64,000 bases of DNA, from positions 37,572,001-37,636,000 of the forward strand of contig OX597828.1 in assembly GCA_951406725.2 (NCBI GenBank). The letters run 5' to 3'. Origin of the DNA: Octopus vulgaris. Its lineage: Eukaryota. The translations under genes were made by a program, and so were the position numbers. Positions 54,322 to 64,000 of the stretch are shown here, in pieces. The notes below the pieces were generated by a model. It was not told the origin of the DNA, did not search any database, and was given only the letters and a program-made list of their open reading frames with translations. Positions within the stretch are counted from its first letter, which is position 1, and each line of letters begins with the position of its first letter.

Positions 54322-57210
54322 CGATACCACGCTGTGTATATCAACAACACGTCGGTTCCAATATTTCATAAACATGTTGCTGTTGAACAGTGCCTGGCAT
54401 TATTAGCTTCTTCCACGCTGCTCTTGTTGTTGTTGTTGCTGTTGTGGTGGTGGTGGTGGTGATGATGGTGTTGGTGGCGGTGATAGCAGTGGTGGCTGTA
54501 GCAGCGTCGTTGTTTATTATTATTGTTGCTGATGTTGTTGTTGTTGTTGTTGTTGTTGTTGTAGAACCCTATCTCAGCCCTGATTGAGCTAACCCCGGTC
54601 TCGGACGTGCGATCATTACAAACGAGCACACTGCACACAAGGGGCAGTTATTCTGACCAGTGTATGCTGTGGTTTGCTATTAATAAATATATATTGTAGG
54701 TCCCAAGGTTTTAATTTGGCCGGGGGCAGATAACGCAGATAAGACGACACAGTCTGAAGATAATTTCGGCTCACGAAGTGGGTATGCTCTCAACTAAAGA
54801 GAGACAGTTGTTCTTTCACCGTCCTGATCATGATTTTAAGCATTCGGTACTAGGGTCCTGGTTTGGTAGTTCCAGAATTTTGAGGAGTGTAGAACACCTC
54901 TAAGTCTCTATTGTTTTTTAGGTCAACTCTGATCGGGAGTCGTAGCACCTGTAAGGGTCCTAGCTATAGTTTAATCAACATATTAAAGCTTGCCTACCTA
55001 TGAATGTGAAAACTGCATCCGGTGGACTCTGCGGAAGAAGTCTTCATGGTTCAATCGTAGGGGAAGGCAGCTGCAGCCTCGTATTGTGGAGTGCAGAGAG
55101 CAAGATGTGGCAAGTAAGACATGTTGGTCATCCACAGCATCTGTCTCCATCCGCAGTTGTCTTGACCTCGTTTTGCCACTGGACTGAAGATAATCACAGA
55201 TGAGCGAGTGAGATCGACGGTGTGCAGCTCTTCTTAGTTTTAATCAAATCGCTGTCAAAATCATCAGTCATCAGTCATCTCCTGAATGACTAGATGGTTT
55301 TCGTCACTCCAACTACGAACATGTAACTGTAGATCACACTACATTAATTTCTCCGGAAGCCTATAAGGCTGCTAATATGACCCCATCTGTAGACGGTAAT
55401 AGTTCAGGTAGTGAGGACTCAGTCAGAGGGCGATGTCTTACATCCATGTACATAGTTAGGATTTAATGGGGATGTTTATGCTATAGATAATTTTGTGCGA
55501 CACTAGGGATGTTTTATTTCAATTTGAAGGTCTGGTTAACGGACCCACAACCTTCTTCAGTTCCGGCCAAACTGCTGAGTAAGATATCCTTATATTGGCC
55601 TCCCACCCCGAATGCTTGCAGTAGGGCAGACTCCACCGCAAAGGCAACTAAAAGGGCTGGTAAGAAAGAAAGTGTTGCGCTCTTAGTTGTGAAGATGGTT
55701 TTGAAGTAATGCTCCGGAGTGTTCTAGAAAGGTGAAGGAGCAAGGATGGGTAACTCAGTTCGCACAGTTGGAACAAGGGGTGGTTGGGAGGTGCGTTGTG
55801 TTTGGAGTATTCGAAATTAAAAGACGGAAATAACAATAATGAATGAAGACTTAATAATTGTTATACTTAATAAATTGTAATTAACGCTTTATTCTTACAT
55901 TTTCAGGTGAAGACGCATGGTCTAGTGGCTAGAAAGTTGAGTTCACGATCTGGGTTCAATTCCTGGACTGGTGGCACGTTGTGTCTTTGAGCAAGGCATT
56001 TCAATTCATGTTCAAACTGTCTAGTCATCTAAAAAAAACAAGTACCAACCGATTTGTGGTGCAGTTCTCCAAGTCTCATTATGTATCACATCCTTGATAT
56101 TTCGTTCGATTAAGGGTAGAAAAAGGCGAGAATCGGGTCACGAAAACAAAGCACGTAACACAATTAGTGAAAGCATGAGAAACGCTTAAGGGGCCATTTT
56201 CACTAACGACTGGCGGTTACATGATTTATAATCTACAATTTCAGGGTTTACTACATGTGAAATTTTTTAAAATGTAGCGCAGGCATGGATGTGTGGTTAA
56301 AAAAAAAGCAAGCTTTGCATATCTTGTTGATTCGAGTTCAGTCCCACTGTGCTGCTCTTTGACCATGTGTCTTCTATTATAACCCCGGTACGACCATTAC
56401 CACCTTGGTACAGCACTAGGTTCTAAGTAAATCACATTAAGTTCGCACATAAAGTACTCGAATTACAACTTTACGTTTTGAGTTATGGCGAATAAGTTGA
56501 TAAAAATTCTAAGACATATAATCCTAAATTTTCACGGTAAAAATGGTAAGGTACCTAACATTATGTTCGGAGTTAAGGACAATGATTGGTAAAACTGGTC
56601 GGAAAGTAAGGACCTGTCTTTTGTACAAGATTCTGAGTGAAAGACAATAAATAAATTGAAGAGATATGGTACTTTACATGATAGCGATACCTTCAGAGTT
56701 ATCAGAGATATCATAGTAAGTTGGTAGGAATGGTAAAATGCCTGGCTTAGAATATTACGTTCTGAACTAAGAGCAGTCAAATTCATAAAACTGGTGAGGT
56801 AGAGCAAGTCTAAGTTCTGAGTTTAAGACAGCGGTAGAGATGATACGATAAGATACCTGATACAGTAAACGGCATTATGAGTTCCATTATCATCGTATTC
56901 AACTTGACAATTTTCCCAGTCAAATAAATACCAGTAATGCTCTACGTGTCGATTCGATTACGCGCCTGCCTCAACGGTGTCTGGGAATTCTAAGAATTTA
57001 AAAAGAAATCACCAATGTTGTTGCTATTTTTCTCGTTTTATTTATTTCTTTTCTTTACCTACTTATCAATTTTCTTTCTAATTTTCTCCTCCCACTACTA
57101 ATTGCTATTCCTCTCCTACTCATCATTCTCTTCTCTCCTTCATATTATTGTTATTACCGTTAGCGCGGCGAACAAAATGCTTAGTGGTATTTCTTCTGCT
57201 CGATTCTTTA

Positions 57211-57399
57211 TACATTATTTACATTTGACGGATATTTGTCCTCATCTTGTTTGTTAGCACAACGTTTCGGCTGATATAGCCTCCAGCCTTCATCAGGCGA
57301 CTTGTTAACAACAAACAAGATGAGGACAAATATCCGTCAAATGTAAATGATGTAAATAATATACATAATTCCTCATCTCTTAAATATAGACCTGTATTA
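57211..57399. mobile_element. Foldback element with hammerhead motif and 13-bp TSD (probable Penelope-like derivative)
   Basis: 45-bp inverted repeat at 57211-57255 and 57310-57354 with one mismatch. Minus-strand CGC CUGAUGA A GGCUG-loop-CAGCC GAAACGUU GUG lies in the spacer. TCGATTCTTTATA is duplicated at 57200-57212 and 57400-57412. Confidence 0.75.
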
Positions 57400-57831
57400 T
57401 CGATTCTTTATATTCTGAAGGCAAATCCTACCATGTTTCCTTTCGGGAACTGATATCACAAAATACTAGGTAAGTATGGAGGACTGATGCCATTGACTTG
57501 TTCCATTTCGTAAAATTGCTGGCTTTGTGCCAAAATTAGAAGCATTATCATTGTTAAGAAGGAGGCGAGCTGGCGGAACCATTAGTATGCTCAGTGGCAA
57601 TTCGTCTGTCTTTACATTCAGAGTTCAAACTCCATCACGTTCGACTTTACTTTTCATCTGTTCAGGGTTCATAAAATACGCATCAGTTGAACACTTCGCT
57701 ACAGTAATTTCAGCGTTCCAGAAGCACTCTACATAGATATTTTTAAGGCAGGACATTATCCAGAGAGTTTACCTCAACTCAGGGAATATAATGGGAAGGC
57801 GTATGAGGATTCTGTCAATAATAGTGTAATA

Positions 57832-58212
57832 AGTTTCTTTATTGGCCGCACAGGGCTGCACACAGATGGGACAAGTTACAAGGTAGAGCTTTTCTTTTGG
57901 GGGATGAAAAAAAAAAAAAGAAACAAAAAAAAGGGGGTGTGGCGTAGGTTTTCGATCAAGAGGGATCGTAAAAGGGAAGAAAATAACAAAAAAATAAATA
58001 AATAAATAAAATAAAAAAGAAAAAAATAAAAAGAAAAGAAAAAAGAAAAGGAAAAGGAACAAAAGAAAAGAGAAATGAAAAAAGAAGAAAAAGGGGGAAA
58101 AAGGGGAAGAGGAAAAAAAACGATCAATAGGGATCGTGTATCACAGTGTTATGATATATGGTGTAAAGGGGAAAGCAAGTAAGGTTTATCCGTGGGAAGA
58201 AAAGCCTACGAA
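57832..58212 (-). mobile_element. Probable L1/Tx1-type LINE 3' UTR fragment
   Basis: Pyrimidine-rich minus strand ending CCTTGTAACTTGTCCCATCTGTGTGCAGCCCTGTGCGGCCAATAAAGAAA, similar to the end of the 9095-10877 LINE and to the SINE A2 tail. Confidence 0.5.
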
Positions 58213-58931
58213 AGATACATGAGCTACTGGGTAGCTGTGAGAAGAAGATAAATCGCCAAGCCTATCTGATTGATCTTCCTCCTAAACTTTATTCAAACAT
58301 ACCACTTGTACACTCTTGTCTTGGCTAACGTAAGCAGTTGATAGACTAAAGATATTTGTGGTGATATTAACTGCGGTCTAGTGCTGTTGCAGAGGAGGAT
58401 ACTGACCTGAAGGCCACAATACTGTTGATAATTTTAACCAAGCTTCCAGCTAAAAGGTCAACGTATATTCTTGGCAGTTATATCGGAACAGGACAATGTT
58501 GATCGATATTGGAAAGATGTCTCCAAGAGAGTCGTCACTTTATGCAATACATCTATCGTATAACATTCACTTTATGCAATATATTTATCGTTTAAGATTT
58601 TGTTGTCAAAACTTTTGTGCAAGAGATTCGTTGCACTTCTAAAATGCACCAAATGTTTTGATAGTTTTTTATACGATTCCTGATGCTATTTAATTTTAGA
58701 AATGTAATAGGATTTTTAAAACATCGAATGGCTGTTGGGGCCCTGTAGAATAAGACAGGAACGAAAGGAATTAATGGGCAAAAAGAAATGGTTGAGAGCG
58801 ACAGGAATAAACGGTGAAAAGCAAATAGCTTGCTCGATCACGGTTGAGCTGGCGGATCAGCAAGAACAAGAACAACAAGAATAAGGACAGCAACAATAAC
58901 AACAACGACATCGACAACAACAACAACAGTA

Positions 58932-59118
58932 TAGTCACAATGGCCCAGTGGTGACGGCAGCGGATTCGCAGTCGTAAGAACGCGCTTTCGATTTCCCAGA
59001 CCGGGCATTGTGAGTGTATATTGAGCAAAAATACCTAAGGTCCACCAGGCTCCGGTGGGGGGGGGGGGGTGAACCCCACTGTACTCTTTTACCACAACTT
59101 TCTCTCTCTTTTTCTTCC
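58932..59118 (+). mobile_element. SINE family D, 5' half
   Basis: tRNA-like head TGGCCCAGTGG...TTCGATTTCCC; the body overlaps the minus-strand copy at 61771-61988, and a head fragment lies at about 25763-25801. Confidence 0.7.
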
Positions 59119-59419
59119 TACTTCTGCTTTCTTCTTCCACAAAACAGAGGAACCATGGTGTAACCCACCATGGTGTGGTAAACTTTCAAACCCTAGTCTA
59201 GATTGCGAATCCTCTGTACCCCAGGATGGTTCAGCTCTCCACCTGTTAAAAGCCACCGTTTACGGAATGAGGATAACAACGTAGCTTTCGCGCCCGTGCA
59301 ACCGCCAGTCTATCGCGTGTGGTGGGTGGATCTTCAAGTTGCCGCACGCATTCTTAGTAGCTTAGAGTAGGCTCGAATTAGAGATTATTCTTTGTGGCTA
59401 ATGGCGTGAGTCCTGATTG

Positions 59420-59660
<241 letters not shown>

Positions 59661-59884
59661 ACGACGACGACAACAGCAACAACAACACCGCTTTATTTGC
59701 ATCAAAAGGTGCCTGGGTTTTTCTTGTTCTGCACATTTTGTTCGCTGCACCCTTACAGCGTATTTTACATGTTCTGAGAGGCAGCCAGGTCGGCTTGGAA
59801 CAATCCTTTGATTTCTCTGAAATCATTAACAGAAACGGCAAAGTATACTGTTCACTATGGTCGTATGTGTATGTGTAGGGGTAT

Positions 59885-60190
59885 ATGTGTGTGCGTGTGA
59901 GCACCCATATGTATGTATGTGTGCGTATATATATGTGTGTGTGCGTGTGAGCTCCTATAAACATATGTGTATGTATGTGTGTGTGTATGTGTGCGTATAT
60001 ATATATGTGTGTGTGCGTGTGAGCTCCTATAAACGTATGTGTATGTATGTGTGTGTGTATGTGTGTGTGTATGTGTGTATGTTTATATATATATGTGTGT
60101 GCGTGTGAGCACCCATATATGCATGTGTGTATGAGTGTGTGTATGTGTATATATATGTGTGTGCGTGTGAGCACCCATATATGCATGTGT
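59885..60190. repeat. Higher-order minisatellite built on TG/TA repeats
   Basis: GTGTGCGTGTGAGC(ACCCATAT or TCCTATAAAC) recurs five times. Confidence 0.8.
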
Positions 60191-61770
60191 GTGTATGCAT
60201 GTGTATATATATATATATGTGTGTGTGTGTGTATGTATGTGTGTGTGTGTGTATGTGTGTGCGTGTGTGTGCGTATGTGTGTGGTAGGGGTACGAACTTG
60301 CTTGTACCTGTTACTTAATGATTTATGTCATGTGATAACAAACGGTGCCAACTTGCCTCTCCGAAAAAATCTCTCTTCCTACTCAAATATCGCACGCCAA
60401 CCGCACCGCCTCCTCCCGCCAACACCATCGACTTCGAACCCCCAGCCCTTCTCCTAAAATTCTTTCCTTTCAAAATTAATAACTTTTTTCGACTCTCCTC
60501 TCCACCCCCTCACCCCCACTCTCGTCACCTACGAAACTATATACTCGGTTCCACCGCTCCACCAACACTACTGCGCTGTGAGCTGAATTCCATCGCACAC
60601 CGCACCGCCGCCGCCGCCGCCGCGATCATCATCGACACCGCTTCCATCATAACTGCCACAATCACTACCTCATCAGCATCATCATCATCACCAACTCCCC
60701 GATCACGACTACCTGCACCACCGCCGTCGCCGACGGCGTCACAAAAAACAACCACCACAGCCACTACCTCCATCACAACACAAATACCGAAACTACAACC
60801 ACCACCACCACAAACGCCGTCACAACATCACCACTATCATCATTTCCACCACCATCACCACCACCACCACCATCACCACCACCACCACCACCACCACCAC
60901 CACCATCACCACCATCACCACCACCACCACCATCACCATCACCACCACCACCACCACCACCACCGCCGTCGTCTTATCCTTATAACACCGTTACCTGTGA
61001 CACAAATGCACACTCCCCCCACACACACCGTCCACGCTCTTTATCCCCTCTCCTTGCTCCCCACCCCTTGCTTTCTGTCTGTCTTTAAGTGTTTAGCCCA
61101 ATTTTCCTCAACTGTTCACCTACATCCTACATCCTACATTCTTGAAACCCTAAACCCCTTAAAAGCCCTATCTGTCACTTCTCCCTCTAACACATAATTC
61201 AGCTGTACAATTAAGCAGGTATTTTGTTATCATTAATTAATTGCTTAATTGCGCATAAATATTTCAGAATGACACAAGGCAGACGGTGGCGTTGTGGCGG
61301 GTTGGGGGGAGACTCGGAGAAAAGAAGTTGTTGGCAGACATCTTCGCCTTCTTCTTCGATCTTTACGTTCGTTATAATCTATCGTATTATATAAAAGTAA
61401 ATAATTCATGTCTTACTAAAGGCACAACGCCTGAAATTTTTTTCGGGTGTGTGTGTGTGGGTGTGTGGAAGGGACTAGTCGATTCCATTGATCCCAGTGC
61501 TTCTTAATTTATCGATCCCGAAAGGATGAATAACAAAGTTGTCTTCGGCGGAATTTGAACCCAGAAAGTAAGAAAAGAGGCCTACCTCTCTTGAGTTATC
61601 TCTTTTTTTTTATATATTGAACTTGTATGTTGCTCTTCCTTCTGTTAAACTCTGTGTGGATATGTGTGTGCACGACGCTTACCTACCAACATACCTCCAT
61701 ACTTACATAACTATATACCTACTCACCAACCTACTAACCTATATATGTATGTTTGCGTATATATATATAT

Positions 61771-61984
61771 CACCGTGACCGACCAGGCTATCAGATGTTG
61801 CCACACATCGCTGATCACAATGCGCTTCGCATTGTTTTAGCCTTCAAATGATGCCACCCCGCTGGCTAAGCGAGCAGGCTAACAGATGAAAGAGTGAGAG
61901 AAAGCTGTGGCGAAAGAGTACAGCAAGGATCGCCACTACCCACTGCCGGAGCCTCGTGGAGCTTTTAGGTGTTTTCGCTCACTA

Positions 61985-61988
<4 letters not shown>
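61771..61988 (-). mobile_element. SINE family D, 3' part
   Basis: Matches 25483-25576 and 59020-59118; flanked by (TA)n. Confidence 0.7.
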
Positions 61989-62012
<24 letters not shown>

Positions 62013-62019
<7 letters not shown>

Positions 62020-62283
62020 GAGTAAATATTAATAGAGAAGACTGAGTGTATCAAAAAGCAATTTATTATCACGGCAATTCTTTTGTTGTCATGATACTCT
62101 GTACCCTAGTGAGCGTGAAACGGTGTAATAACACCAAATGCAATGCAGAGAGCAGTGTGTTACATCTGGTATCATTGCAACGTTGAACGCCCGTTAGGAT
62201 GCAGTGTATCATGAAGACGAAACAATTGCTGTGATAACACGTTACATTTTGGTACTCTCCGTCTTCTCTATTAATCTTTAATA
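62013..62283. repeat. Imperfect palindrome of about 270 bp (MITE/foldback-like)
   Basis: Arms align along their whole length (e.g. ATTAATAGAGAAGAC / GTCTTCTCTATTAAT and TCATGATAC / GTATCATGA) around a loop near 62150; TA flanks. Confidence 0.8.
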
Positions 62284-62534
62284 TATACCCTCGTGCATCC
62301 TGGAATTCCTGGAAGTTTATCCTACGACGAATGCAAAGTACCACTGATGACGCCTAGTAGCCATAACTGGTTAACGCACTCCGCAGACACACGACTTACC
62401 CTGAAACAAGTTTTGGATACTACGTTTAGAGCATACTTTCTAAACCTTAATAATTGAGTTTAAAATCGACATACACACACATAATATAAAGAAACATATC
62501 TATCTTAATAAAGAAACATATATATATATATATA

Positions 62535-63012
62535 CTAGCAGTATCGCCCGGCGTTGCTCGGGTTTGTAAGGGAAATAACTATATAAGCATTTTTAGAGAG
62601 TTACTTCCCTTATAGATGCCAATTCGGGCTTTCTTAGCCATTTCTGTTTTGGTGTCTTCAAGCCATGAAGTCGTTGTTCTAAAAGGACGCTGGTCTCCTT
62701 GACAACGCTTTACGACGTTGATTTCCTTACACTCCCTTCCCCACAGGTGCAGGTGTGAGCATGGACGCCAACTCCGCCGCCATCGACACACGAAAAATTA
62801 TGCATTAAAATGGAATAAAAAATGATGTTAAATTATTTTTAAAATCGTAGACTCATTGTAGACGCGTGCTAATACCCAGACGGGCTCGATATGAATCACG
62901 ACTATAAGATACCCGAATTTGGTTAAACTGCACCGAAAAATGTGGGAGTAGTTAGGAATCTAAATCGAAGGGGACAGACACTCACACAACTACAGTTTTA
63001 TATATATATAGA
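62535..63012 (-). mobile_element. Non-autonomous Helitron
   Basis: Minus strand starts A|TCTATATATATAAAA, has a subterminal hairpin at 62547-62562 and ends CTAG|T; no TSD. Confidence 0.8.
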
Positions 63013-63085
63013 TATATATATATACACGCACACATACATACATACATATACATACACACACACATACACACACACACAACTCCCC

Positions 63086-63131
<46 letters not shown>

Positions 63132-63320
63132 TACCAGTTTCTTCCCTTGTACCTCTGAACTTTGGAATTCCCTTCCACTGTCTCCTTTTCCTTTTCAATA
63201 TAACCTCCAGTCTTTTAAGTCTGATGTACACTGCCCCCTATTGACTTCTGTCGAGCGTCCGTTTTATACTAGTAGCTCTTACGTCTTCAGTATTCTAAGG
63301 ACCGTGTAACGAGCGAATGC

Positions 63321-63359
<39 letters not shown>

Positions 63360-63382
63360 AGCGAGAGAAATAGATTGATAAT

Positions 63383-63540
<158 letters not shown>

Positions 63541-64000
63541 TATAGATAGATATACTTATGTGTGTTTGTGTGTGTGTGAATTCAAATCCTTATATAATTT
63601 TTCTACAATTATAATAAATTTAGTTCTATATATGTTAAAATTAATCTGTGAATAATATGTCATACATTTTAAAAGAAGTTCAGTCTAAAGACTTTGATTT
63701 CTGCATGTGTGCTACTATTACTTATAATTCGACGTACACCCCACCATTACGTATAATAAGCATACACACTGCTATTACATACAATCAATGTAATACACAG
63801 ACTGTCACTAAGTACAACCGTAATACTATTCCACATATCCTTAAGTATGCGCTGCAGGAATCGAATTAGTTATTATAAGGTGAGTCATTACTAGGACTAA
63901 GCTTAATTAACGATAGAGAACCTTCAAAATCAATAAACAATAATTATAAGAATTTCCTATCATTTTACTTAAAGGCGAGTGCAAATCAAGTTGCACAAAA

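Noticed and set aside
54990-55830. Complex sequence, possibly an old LINE or exon
   Set aside because: No convincing protein motif or splice pattern could be read.
62337-62421. Fifth hammerhead candidate (CTGATGA ... GAAAC)
   Set aside because: Stem II does not close next to the core and stem III is poor.

Overview
AT-rich animal genomic DNA, extremely dense in microsatellites and SINEs. The repeat landscape suggests an octopus (coleoid cephalopod) genome, but that is inference from the repeats only. One credible host gene is present: a ZIP/SLC39 subfamily II zinc transporter on the minus strand (ATG 40323, stop 39073, 416 aa, no intron in the CDS). It has atypical TM4-TM7 residues, an ATG-less in-frame upstream extension and a roughly 7 kb TE-free surround. 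The rest of the window is transposon debris: several tRNA-derived SINE families (labels A-F are my own), decayed L1/Tx1, RTE, CRE and R4/Dong LINE ends, non-autonomous Helitrons and a folded-back DD41D transposon. Two things stand out. First, four unrelated short elements carry minimal type I hammerhead-ribozyme motifs, two of them inside near-perfect inverted repeats. Second, one SINE subfamily has a 3' tail resembling L1/Tx1 LINE ends and is joined seven times, at the same nucleotide, into the head of its own family. Almost all other ORFs in the track are microsatellite translations. Repeat boundaries were read by eye and are approximate.
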